This document shows positions 40,053 to 51,903 of a stretch of DNA of 64,000 nt, piece after piece (position 1 is the first letter of the stretch; every line of letters starts with the position of its first letter). Both the position numbers and the translations under genes were made by a program. This DNA is from Octopus sinensis (taxonomy: Eukaryota). The stretch lies in the NCBI RefSeq assembly GCF_006345805.1, contig NC_043000.1, forward strand, positions 68,324,001 through 68,388,000. Reading direction: 5' to 3'. The notes beneath the pieces are model-generated. The model was not told where the DNA came from. It was given only the letters and a program-made list of their open reading frames with translations, and ran no database searches.

Positions 40053-40503
40053 ACACACACACACACACAACACACACACACAAACACGCACACACTTATG
40101 TATGTATGTGTGTGTGTGTGTTGTGATTATGTGCATGCGTAATGTATACTCTTTCTTTCCGTTTGTCTAGTGCTTTATTAGTTGTGCATGGATGCGGGTA
40201 TACATGTTTTTTTTTTTGTGTGTATGTGTTTGTTATTGTATGTATGTGCACTTTGTATTCATTTCAAAGTGTGTGCGTTTCCTTTCAGTCATATTGTGAG
40301 TAGCGTTAAGCGCCTTTATTTATGTATCTTTCTGATTGCGTAAATAGAATTACGAGTCAATAAAGACATTCTCTACGCATGTGTTGTCTGTTTCTGTATG
40401 TGAGAAAGAGAACACTTTGAGTGAATAGTATTGTTTTACATCAGTAACTTTCTGTGTGTATGTACGTGTGAAAGCTCGTATGTTTATGACTGTGTTTTCT
40501 ATG

Positions 40504-40504
<1 letters not shown>

Positions 40505-40537
<33 letters not shown>

Positions 40538-40658
40538 TGTATGTATGTATGTATGTATGTATGTATGTATGTATGTATGTATGTATGTATGTATGTATGT
40601 ATGTATGTATGTATGTATGTATGTATGTATGTATGTATGTATGATGTATGTATGTATG

Positions 40659-40689
<31 letters not shown>

Positions 40690-40935
40690 TGTATGTATGT
40701 ATGTATGTATGTATGTATGTATGTATGTATGTATGTATGTATGTATGTATTATGTATGATGTATGTATGTATGTATGTATGTATGTATGTATGTATGTAT
40801 GTATGTATGTATGTATGTATGTATGTATGATGATGTATGTATGTATGTATGTATGTATGTATGATGTATGTATGTATGTATGTATGTATGTATGTATGTA
40901 TGTATGTATGTATGTATGTATGTATGTATGTATGT
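40505..40935. repeat. Long (TATG)n microsatellite, ~430 bp
   Basis: Direct sequence. Confidence 0.98.
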
Positions 40936-41224
40936 ATACAAAAACTACAGCCTCTCGTAAAGATTTAATGATAAAATATAAGTCACAAAGATAGCAATCC
41001 ACAGCTAAACTATTTAGGACTGAGAAGACATTGTAATGTACATACATACATACATACATACATACATACATACATACATACATACATACATACATACATA
41101 CATACGTACGTACGTACGTACGTACGTACGTACGTACGTATGTATGTATGTATGTATGTATGTATGTATGTATGTATGTATGTATGTATGTATGTATGTA
41201 TGTATGTATGTATGTATGTATGTT

Positions 41225-41261
<37 letters not shown>

Positions 41262-41432
41262 ATGTATGCGTGCGTGTGTGTGTGTATGTGTGTGTGTGTG
41301 TGTGTGTCTGTGTGTGTATGTGTGTAATACATTACAATGTCTTCTCAGTCCTAAATAGTTTAGCTGTGGATTGCTATCTTTGTGACTTATATTTTATCAT
41401 TAAATCTTTACGAGAGGCTGTAGTTTTTGTAT
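40936..41432. repeat. Perfect 105-bp inverted repeat around a (CATA)n(CGTA)n(TGTA)n(TG)n spacer
   Basis: 40936-41040 equals the reverse complement of 41328-41432, with no mismatch found by eye. Confidence 0.95.
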
Positions 41433-42330
41433 GTAAGCACGATTACAAGATATCGCCACGAAACCGACTTGATTGCAGTGACCAGTAATGACCCGAGTTA
41501 CCAAACAAGAGTAAGACAATCACCTTATCATCTGAATGGTTCTGTTCGTTAGATTACTTAATCTCGGTTCCTTCATCAGTGCTAAGTAAATAATAATTAG
41601 GCTATTACATAGGAAACATAATAGTAATTTATTCTTTATTTGCTACTTAGAAATATCAAGGAAAAGGGCAAAAGGAGAAAAAATACTCAGAAAAGTGATG
41701 TTACATCAATTATTAATAAAGTTACATACACACAACACATACACAGGCGCACGCATATTTATATACATACAGACAAGCACGCATGTCTCTAAGTATGTCA
41801 TTGTTCAGTTTTATTTCAAGATTTCATACCAACAAGGCTCCTTCATTGGAATTCAAGAACATCAACAGGATATTTTTGCATGTATGTGTGTATATGTGCA
41901 TTATTTTGAATCAGTGCATGTGCAGATTTGAGTGTTTTGTTTTATGTAGGTATTCTCATGCATATAGTTGCATGTCTAGACATGTGCACATATACTTAAA
42001 AAATAAACTTTTTACAGTGTGTATGTATGTATGTATGTATGTATTCATATAACCGTGGGCCTATTTCTCTATGCTGTCCCAAACAGATGTACATATTACA
42101 AAGTTACAAAGTGATTTATGTAACACAGAGCTAAAAACGAATATACGTATATATTTCAAAAACTAATTACTTTTTTCAAAATTGATTTACATAGCAATAC
42201 AATATCTTGCGTCATTGACATCGTGACTGCCATATAACATTAGAAAGAATGCTAAGTAATGCCTAAATTCATATTTCATGAAGAAGACTAACTTATTCGA
42301 TGAAGTGTGTTGAACTCGTTTTTCTTTCAG

Positions 42331-42462
42331 CTAACGAAACGAAATTACAATGCAGCCACGTCTTGTGTCTTATACAATGTTGGACTACTAACAACACCTA
42401 CTGTGGTGTCTTATATCATGCTGATCAATGTGCTGTGGCTCACTGTATTGTACTGTACAAAG
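42331..42462 (+). CDS. Candidate cysteine-rich exon, PAN/apple-like spacing
   Basis: ttttctttcag acceptor, 132-nt phase-1/phase-1 exon NETKLQCSHVLCLIQCWTTNNTYCGVLYHADQCAVAHCIVLYK, aag|gtaggc donor. Confidence 0.35.
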
Positions 42463-43311
42463 GTAGGCTAACAACTGTGGCCATGAGTGGTTTATTATGC
42501 CAGCTTGGGGTACCAACAACACCCAGGTAGAATTTCAGTGTCAAACATTTTGTTAGTTTATTGATCAGCAACACAAGACGATGCTGATTATACAAATCAC
42601 CAGGTTATTGAATACTTGGCCATCGACTACGTTGGAAGAACAAGTGATCATTCTTAAAGATTTTAGACGAAAAATACTTAGAATATAAGGATTGGAAATC
42701 ATAGAAATGACTAGAAAAAATTACTAGAAAAAAAAAAAAGATACGACTATAACATTAATAAATTCATCGACGAAGATAACAAGTATACATACATGTTCTT
42801 GAAACTAAAGCGATCGTGCCATTTAGGACAAATTCTGTTGATATCTGAGGATTTAAGATAACAAATTAGAACCTTGCTGAAACACCGGAAGCATGTGCTG
42901 CACTTCCGACATGGCTACTTACTATCTAGGCGTTGTCTAGAAGCTTCTGGCTGCACTGTCTGTGCCGACTCATCAACTTCTTATCACAATCCGCCTGATC
43001 ATACTCGCTGAACCAAACAAATTTTCACTCCTTTGTTGACCTATGAAATTCTAATGCTGTCTTCTAATTGCCTACCAGCCTTCCTAGAAAAATGCTCTTT
43101 TTAACTAGAATCTACACCCGCTTATATCATCTTTACTAACAATGATTTTAATCATAAGCCAAACTTCAGACATAACTCCAACTGTAAATTAAATCTATCA
43201 TAAATTTAATCATGATCCTTATTGAAACACTTACTTTTATTCTGGTTCTAACTCTTACAATTTTGTAAGATGTGTGTGTGTGTATGTGTGTGTGTGTGTG
43301 TGCGTGTGTAT

Positions 43312-43381
<70 letters not shown>

Positions 43382-43473
43382 CTTTACAATGTCTTCTCAG
43401 TCATAAATAGTTTAGCTGTCAACTATGTGGGGAATCATAGCATACAAACGGAGCTGTACTATTTGCTCCTTTT

Positions 43474-43680
43474 AATCTTTTCTACTATAGGTACAAGGCC
43501 TGACATTTTGGTGGAGGAGGCAAGTCTATTACATTGCCCCCCCAGTGCTCGACCAGTACTTACTTTACCGACCCCGAAAGGATGAGAGGCAAAGTCGAAC
43601 TCGGCGGAATCAGAACTCATAACGTAAAGCTGCAAAAAACACCGCTAGTCATTTTGTACTAACTATTCTACCATCTTGTT
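43474..43680 (-). mobile_element. SINE family A
   Basis: tctactataggtacaaggcc...accgaccccgaaaggatgagaggcaaagtcgaactcggcgg. Confidence 0.82.
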
Positions 43681-44246
43681 CTTTTAATAAACAGCTGATA
43701 TATGTCTCTTTCACCAATGAGAAGCAGGAAAAAACAAATGCTGCATGTAGCGTCTATAGATAGGAGGTATCAAGAATATTTCTAAATTAGGAAAGTGTCA
43801 ACATTCAACGACCACATACTTGTTGAAGAATGTAGTTCAAATACCTCCCATTCTGTTTTCATTGAAGCGCCTTCCACTCTACTGAAACATAATAGATATT
43901 TATGTAATATTTTTATTATAATTATTATGTAACAGAGAATGAGAGTTACCTAAAAATTGCTTGACTTGTTTCCTGCCATTTTATTACTAATGAGATCTAG
44001 ACTGGTATATCACTGGTATTGTGGTGGATTGGGTCGTGATTTAACCAAGACAATGTGGCAACGTTAATTTCAATGGAGTCATATCTGGATTTCCTTTTCG
44101 TATAAGCGGTTAGCACCTTTAGATATCGAAATCAAGGGGAATGTTCTAGGTAACAACAGAAATCGGGAACTGTCGCTCACTTCAAGATTGTTAATGTTCT
44201 CTCAGAATACATAATAAATTCAGCGGTTTAAATTTTAATGAGTGTG

Positions 44247-44296
<50 letters not shown>

Positions 44297-44306
44297 CTAT
44301 ATATAC

Positions 44307-44340
<34 letters not shown>

Positions 44341-44364
44341 AATAATAATAATATAATAATAATA

Positions 44365-44424
<60 letters not shown>

Positions 44425-44848
44425 GTAAGAACAAAAGAATAAGACCTCGATCTTAGAGAAATAGAGGGTTATTTATATATGTTATAGTTTGGAACAAAAC
44501 AGTAAAGGATTGTCATTACAGTATTCGGAGTTCCAAAAACTCCGTGTACTGTAATATATATTTATATACATGTATACGTATGTGTGTGTGCGTGGGCGTA
44601 TGTTTGTGCATATATATATATATTTCTTCTTTTTTTTTTGTACTAGTATTTGTAAAAGTGGATAAAAGAAAACGATGAGATTGTGAAAGAGAAAGAAAAA
44701 GCGGTGAAAACTTTGAATAAAAGAAGGTGACAAATGTCTGTCTGATTTACTATTCAATTAAGAAGACAAGTTATTCGGTTTAATGGGAATGAGTCAGACT
44801 CAACGTAGGTTCAGGGATGAGATAGATAGAGAGAGAGAGAGAGGGAGA

Positions 44849-44910
<62 letters not shown>

Positions 44911-45081
44911 CTGAACAGGCTACGGTCATGCTCGCAGATAATCGCTGATTAAAGCTTTGATACTATCAAATAACAGATCGACATACGGATTGTCTCTCCT
45001 TTGACACTATCTTGTTAATCTTTGCAAGCTGCCATTGCCAATGACACACACACACACACACACACACATACACACACACAC

Positions 45082-45125
<44 letters not shown>

Positions 45126-45474
45126 CACACATTTGTATGAGAAATACTGATAATAGTAAATTTGGGGACTGTGGTAGTGGTGCTGGTGTTGGTGTGGATG
45201 GAAGTGATGATGATGATGTGTGTGTGTGTGATTAGTCTGTTGAGTTGTGAGCTGATAATACAGTTATTCTGTTGTCTCTCGCTTGTTGTTGTTGTTGTTG
45301 TTGTTGTTGCTGTTATTGTTGTTACTACGACCAATATTACACTACCACAACTATCAATATTTCTGCTGCTGATGTTCATGCCGATGATTATGATGGCTTC
45401 CTTTCGTTGGTGATCGCAGTCATAATAAAATCACTGCAAAAATTAGACTGTTGGAGGTGATTATGACAACAATG

Positions 45475-45505
<31 letters not shown>

Positions 45506-45619
45506 GCATCATCATCATCATCATCATCATCATCACCATTAACATTAGAGCTATTATTACTACTGCTGTTACTGTTGTCGCTGAAAGAACAACAGCAACA
45601 ACAATAATATAATTAGTTT

Positions 45620-45810
45620 CTTTCTAATATTTGACACAAAGTCAGGTGTCTTGAGGGGAGGGGCAAGTCGACTGGTACTTTATTTAATCGACCCCCCATC
45701 ATCCAAAGATGAAAAGCAAAGCTGACTTCACCAAAATTTGAACTCAGAACGTAGAGAGTCCGAAGGTAAGTCGCAAAATAATCTCCTACACTGTAACGAT
45801 TATTCAGATC
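45620..45810 (-). mobile_element. SINE family A, degenerate
   Basis: actggtactttatttaatcgacccc...gaaaagcaaagctgac...tttgaactcagaacg. Confidence 0.7.
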
Positions 45811-45876
45811 CCCAACACTATATTGTAAATGTGTCTGACAGGTACAAAACCAGAAGTTTTGTGGAGAAGGACTGAT

Positions 45877-46035
45877 TGTTTATGTCCCCCGTAACTTAGC
45901 GGTTCAGCAAAAGAGACCGATAGAATAAGTACTAGGCTTAAAAATATGTCCAGGAGTAGATTTCTTCAACTAAAACCCTTCAAGGTGGTGCCCCGGCATG
46001 GTCGCAGTAAAATGAATGGAACAAGTAAAAGATAA
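45877..46035 (+). mobile_element. SINE family B, 3' tail only
   Basis: ccccgtaacttagcggttcagcaaaagagaccgatagaataagtactaggctt. Confidence 0.8.
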
Positions 46036-46143
46036 ACACTTCGATTTTCTCGTTACTTCAAACTTATTAATAAGTTTTTAGAGTTGTTGTTTAACCCCAG
46101 GTCAACTTTGTTCAAAAGAGTTCCATCCATAACCACCCAATAC

Positions 46144-47085
46144 GAGATCCGGACAAAACCCTGTAGGAAAAAGACCCTAGGACAAAACCCCCTAGGACAA
46201 AACCCCAGTAGGACAAAATCCCCCTAGGACAAAATCCACCTCAGACAAAACCCCCTCGGTTATATTTTTGGTTGATGTGTACAATAAGCATCCCACCCGC
46301 TTATTCGAACATTAGGATTCTGAAAAATGTTTCTTTCTAAAATTTAAATTTAAAAAAAAAGTTGGCAACCCTCCCACCCTACTCACATCCACGCCAGTAT
46401 TCCGGATGTTTTTAAACTCGGTCGCTCATTTGCGCATGTGTAGGTGATTTTCAACCACTACATGCAGTTAAGCCTAGAAGGTCTCTCCACATGCTAGAAA
46501 TAGCAGCCAAATCCCTTAAAGTTTTAAAATAAGCAAAAACGGAAATTGCGATTGCGAAAAAACTTCTGTTTTCCAAAATTCCAATTCTTAACCATACAAA
46601 AATATAATCAATCGAAAATAAATTAGAATAAAATAAACAGAACATAAAAGACTTTACTACCAAATCTACATATTTTCTGAATTTTAACATAAAAAAGGGA
46701 AGGCATTAACTTCAAGAGATGCGTTTTACAAGTCAGAAACATTCATCATCATCATCGCCACCACCACCGTCGTCACTACCATTATCACCGCCACCATCAT
46801 CACCACTATCATTATCACTATCATCACCGCCAAAAACTATGACTAGCAATAAAACCACCATTACTACTAACAATAACAACAAACTCAACTTTATTTATCA
46901 TTATCGTCATGATCAAAACTGAATTTTAGAAAAACAAAATGCCGACTTTTAGAAGCAGAATCTCCGCGACGGAAAACGTCGAAATCTGTAAAAACCAAAA
47001 CGAAGAAAAAAAATTCACTTTCGCAGTTTAACTTAGTGGGTTTTGTTCGAGAGTATTTTGTCCGAGGTGGTTTTGTTCTACACTC
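46144..47085. mobile_element. Non-autonomous TIR element, MULE-like (9-bp TSD, subterminal repeats)
   Basis: Ends gagatccggacaaaacc and ggttttgttctacactc; ~6 GGACAAAACCC repeats at left, ~3 inverted at right; flanks acccaatac/aaccaatgc (7/9). Confidence 0.75.
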
Positions 47086-47157
47086 AACCAATGCAATTTT
47101 TCATTCAGACGCAACGTGTCTAAAACCTACATGATCTAACGTGGTCTTTCTTAGATG

Positions 47158-47528
47158 CAGTGGCGGATCTACAATATTGGGGCCCTGAAGCTTAAAATAT
47201 CATGGGCGGAGGGGGGGGTGCTATTCAACCAGCAACAGTAGGATAGCATCCAATAAGGAACTCCAGTCTTGAGGCCCTGATAGCCTAAATGGTGAAGTGG
47301 TGATGTGGAGTCTTTAAAGATGAGTCTGACAGTGAGCCCTCATTCCACCACAAACAAGGTGTGGGTAATCACCGATATCTTTGTCGATGTGGTTGTTCCA
47401 TGGCAGATTGCCACAATTTTCTTTACAAATTTAAGCACTACATTTCAGATTGTGATACTCAAAGTTTTGTAAAATTTCAATTTTTCCAAAAAAAAAAACA
47501 AAAACTAATAATAATAATAATAATAATA

Positions 47529-47570
<42 letters not shown>

Positions 47571-48788
47571 CACTCCTCCCCTCCTACTAAAATAGCAGAC
47601 AAAATGTATCTAAACAGAAAACTCGATATGCTACAAACAGCAGCTAAACGATGAATCACGTTTTCAAAATTTTAATTTCTGCCATCCCCTTTTTTTCTTT
47701 GCCAGAGGGGTGGAGAGGGGGAAACTGAAAATTTTGAAAACGTGTTTTGGGTTTTTTTTAAATCTTCAATTTTTAAGTACGCTCCAACCGGAAAGCTAGA
47801 AACAACAGCCAAACTGAAGATCCATTTCTAAATACGAATTACCAAAAAAGTAAAAATTAAAAAAGAATGTCATTTGGTTGTCGTGTGTATGTGTGTGCCA
47901 AAAAACTAAATTTTACATACCTCTCTCAATTCCAAAATACTCTCAACCACAACATGTTCACTTTCTGGCGGAGGGGAAGGGTATTTATTTTTACAAAAAT
48001 TTTGTTTCAGCACCATAATCTCCGTATTTCTCTACGTGTCTCGCCAAAAAAAATTTCTAAAAAAAGTGAAAAATTGGGTGGGATAGTGGTTGGCTGAATT
48101 AAACTTTTGAAATGCCGATTTTTTTTTTTTTTTGCAAATTCGGAGTCAAAAAAGCCCTGTTTCCAGTTATTTTCGTAGTTTTGCCACGCTGTAACAATTT
48201 TTTTCTTTATGCATGATATAATATATTCATTTCTACTTTACCTGATATATTCCCCTCAAATTTAATTTTACATTAAACAAAGTGCTTCTGTGGCAAAAGG
48301 GTACACAAAAGGGAAAACAAGTGATATTTTTTTTGTCCCAATTATATATTTCTTCAAAAAATAATATTCCTTTTATACATTTTAAACGACTGAAAATGTC
48401 TATCTTTTCAAAATTCTAATTTCGTTTTTCACTCATGCACTTGTGCTGTTTGGCTTTTACTTCATAGTAAAAATATAATAAAGGAGAGAAAAGAGATTTT
48501 TTTTTTTTTAATAAGAGTTGAAAATGTTTCAGAATATAAAATACGATAACATGTTTTCAAACTAGTAAGGAAAAAATGACGAGAAATCAGAAATTACTTT
48601 GCCTGAAGAAAATGGTTAGATCTACAAAAATAACAGTTGAACATATATGCAATAATTTTAAAGCCAAAAAAAAAAACAAAAAAGGTGCATTAAATAATTA
48701 AAACAAAAATCAAAATCTAAATTTTGGAACATATTTTGCACTTACCTGTTCGGAAGATTTTGAAGACTTACTGAAACAATAAAGCTTA

Positions 48789-48827
<39 letters not shown>

Positions 48828-49543
48828 TTGTTTTGAGGTCATCATTGGTTAGTCGCACTGGAAATAGGAATTCAACTAGACAATAAAACTTATTTTTCAG
48901 TCTATTATCTATATACCTTTATACACACACATACACGCATACATACATACATACATACTACATACATACATACATACATACATTATGGCTGCCCCCTCGT
49001 TATCGAGTATGGCCATTGCACGAAGCTTAACTGTTACTGGTGTTGTGATCGAATATGACTTTTTAGCCCAGCTAAAGATCTACAATGTCTTGTACAAAAT
49101 TGGCAACTAAAACCTTTGCTGGTAATAGCCGGCTGTAGTTGTAACTGGGCTTCATGTACCTTTGCATGTCGTTTAAGTCCTCCTGCCGAATTACACTCTC
49201 TTCCACATGCCCGACAGATATGATTAGTATGGTGTGTTACACCACCACCAGTGGCCAGGTTGTCACTCATCTGTCTCGTTTTATCATACATACATACATA
49301 CATACATACATACATACATGCTTTTATTTTACCTTCCTTTGTCGTTTCACTGGCACCATCCTTTTTTAGGGGACTGGTGCAGAGACATAACTTTTTTCTT
49401 AGTCTATTTCGTTTTATCGGCCCTGTCTGCATGGCAAAATACAAAAACAAAAATATTGACAGAATGAAAAAAAAGTTAAGTTGATCAAGTATTAGGGGCC
49501 TTGAAGCTTACGCTTCATTAGTTTCATAGTAGATCCGTCACTG
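47158..49543. mobile_element. Non-autonomous hAT element, 2.4 kb, with nested insertions
   Basis: TIRs CAGTGGCGGATCTAC vs CAGTGACGGATCTAC (14/15); 8-bp TSD cttagatg/cttagacg (7/8); GGGGCC...GAAGCTTA near both ends. Confidence 0.85.
48984..49285 (-). mobile_element. RTE-like LINE extreme 3' end with two C2H2 fingers, embedded in (CATA)n
   Basis: CRACGRECNSAGGLKRHAKVH and CQFCTRHCRSLAGLKSHIRSQH, short 3' UTR, (TATG)n tail; similar to the fingers at 33822-34135. Confidence 0.75.
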
Positions 49544-49914
49544 CTTAGACGATGTAATTTTAAATACACAGAATCGAAATGAAATCACGGCAAGGAGTGA
49601 ATTGAAGACATTTGATTGTTATTTCAAGTAGGTCAGTGACTACAGAGGAGCCCACTCGCTGGATCGTATAAAGTTGGTTTCTTGTCATTCTTGAATCTTC
49701 ACATTTAAAGTTTATCAAATTCTCTTTGCAAGACAAGACATTCATTATATTGTCTTATTACAAGTTTACATAAAGTTGTTATTCAATTCAGAGGTGCCAG
49801 GTGGTGTTAAGGTTTACAAAGCAGTTACAAAGCTGTTGGCCGTTATTTCTTCAAAACACTTTTACTGAACAGTGGATGTTATCTCATTAAGTATCATCAA
49901 TTATTTCCGAACTG

Positions 49915-50799
49915 GGATCTTTTCAATTCTGAAGCCAGGACCACAGATCTTTCTACTTAACTAAATATTCTGAAACTTCGTATGCTGATAGAGTCTAGCA
50001 AAACAAGACACAGGTTGGAACTAGTTTATTTGAGAAAAATCTATTTTATGACTTTAATCGTAGATTAAAACTGCGAATTTTAACCAATCAGATTGTTTGT
50101 TTTCATGTGTAAAACTTGACTGCATTCTATTAGTGTGACGTAGAAAGCGCTTTTGTGACGTACTAACGTTCGGAAAACTGTAAACAAACACAGAACGTAA
50201 CGGCAGACGAAATACGGCTACGCATTTCGCCCGGCGTGCTAACGTTTCTGCCAGCTCTTTGCTTTTTTAATATTAAATTTCTTGCCTTTTGCACAAATAA
50301 ATACAATAAGTGAAATGAAACGCATTAGCTTAGAAACGAAATCTTGTTAGAAGCCTCGTCACTGAGATGCCACTTAATAGCAAACGAAAGCAAGTACGAA
50401 CAGAATGAAAACATTTTCAATTTAATACATGTGGCTTATTAACTAGTTTTAAATATTGTTATTAGAAGGTGGCTGACTATAGGATCCTGGAAACATGAGT
50501 ACGTTAAATAATTAGAAGGAGATTTCACGGAGACATGCGGCTTGTTTACATTTAAGATGTTTAATACGTCACCAAATTGGTGGTCGAGACGGAGTAAATA
50601 AAATAAAGCCAAATGACGGAATATCATTGGTTAAAATTCTAATTATTAAACAACGTTAAACTTAGAAGTTACAATTCCGTTTTCATTCTGGTTTACAATT
50701 AAGTTTACTTTTGACACATTCTACCAGTATACGAAGTTTCAAATTGTTTGGTTCAGTAGGAAAAATTTGAAAAAACTGGCTTCAGAATTGAAAAGATCC
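49915..50799. mobile_element. Non-autonomous long-TIR element, 885 bp, with perfect 8-bp TSD
   Basis: Terminal GGATCTTTTCAATTCTGAAGCCAG is a perfect inverted repeat, extending imperfectly ~190 bp; TSD ccgaactg at 49907-49914 and 50800-50807; contains a SINE A head at ~50192-50257. Confidence 0.85.
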
Positions 50800-51174
50800 C
50801 CGAACTGTTCTTATTTTCCATATCTCAACTCTACCAACCTCACTCGTCATTTCTAAGAACTACTGTTATAAATTGGAATGAGAGATTCTTCAAGCTTCTC
50901 TTGATTTTTTAGACAATTAAAGGGAAAATAATTCATTGAATATAAAGAATAATATTGTTTATTTTCTCTCTCTCTTTCTATCTTCGAGGAAGACATAAAT
51001 TGATAGAGAAAGAGAGAGACAGACAGACAGACAAACAAATAGATACAGACACAGACAGAGACAGACAGACAGGCAAACTAATAGATACAGACACAGACAG
51101 AGAATCAAACAGACAGACAGACAGATGGAACAATATAGGATACTTTGTGAAATCTAGCACCACTACATACGATA

Positions 51175-51392
51175 AGGCGTCGAGCTGGCAAAATCGTTAC
51201 CGCGCCGGACAAAGTGCTAAGCAACATTTCTTTCTACTTTACGTTTTGAGTTTAAATTCCGCCGAGGTCGATTTTGCCTTCCGTCCTTTCGGAATCGATA
51301 AAGTAGGTGGCAGTTGACCACTGGGGTTGATATAATCGACTTGCTCCCTCCCCTAAAATTCCAGGTCTTGTGGCTATAGTAAAAATAATTAT
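51175..51392 (+). mobile_element. SINE family A
   Basis: ggcgtcgagctggcaaaatcgtt...aaattccgccgaggtcgattttgcc. Confidence 0.85.
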
Positions 51393-51514
51393 ATAAGATA
51401 CTGTCTGCCTGCTGATATATGCATTCCTTTTTTGAACGGAGTAAACTACTCCAGGAATTAACATATTAAATCGGATATGTAAGTGTTGATAAATTATTTG
51501 TTGTATACGCATTT

Positions 51515-51903
51515 TTTTCTTGTTTCAGTCATTTGACTGTGGCCATGCTGGAGCACCGCCTTTAGTCGAGCAAATCGACCCCAGGACTTATTGTGTAAGC
51601 CTAGTACTTATTCTATCGGTATCTTTTGCCGAACCGCTAAGTTACGGGGACGTAAACACACCATCATCGGTTGTCAAGCGATGTTGCGGAGACAAACACA
51701 GACACACAAACATATACACACACATACATATATATACATATATACGACGGGTTTTTCAGTTTCCGTCTCCCAAATCCACTTGCAAGGCTTTGGTCGGCCC
51801 GAGGTTATAGTAGAAGACACTTGCCCAAAGTGCCACGTAGTGGGACTGAACCCGGAACCATGCAGTTCGTAAGCAAGCTACTTACCTCACAACCACTCCT
51901 ATA
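51515..51903 (-). mobile_element. SINE family B, full length
   Basis: Close match to 5299-5775. Confidence 0.92.

Noticed and set aside
48746-48770. 25-nt minus-strand microexon with strong splice signals
   Set aside because: Lies inside a transposon interval, has no partner exons, and such signals arise by chance.
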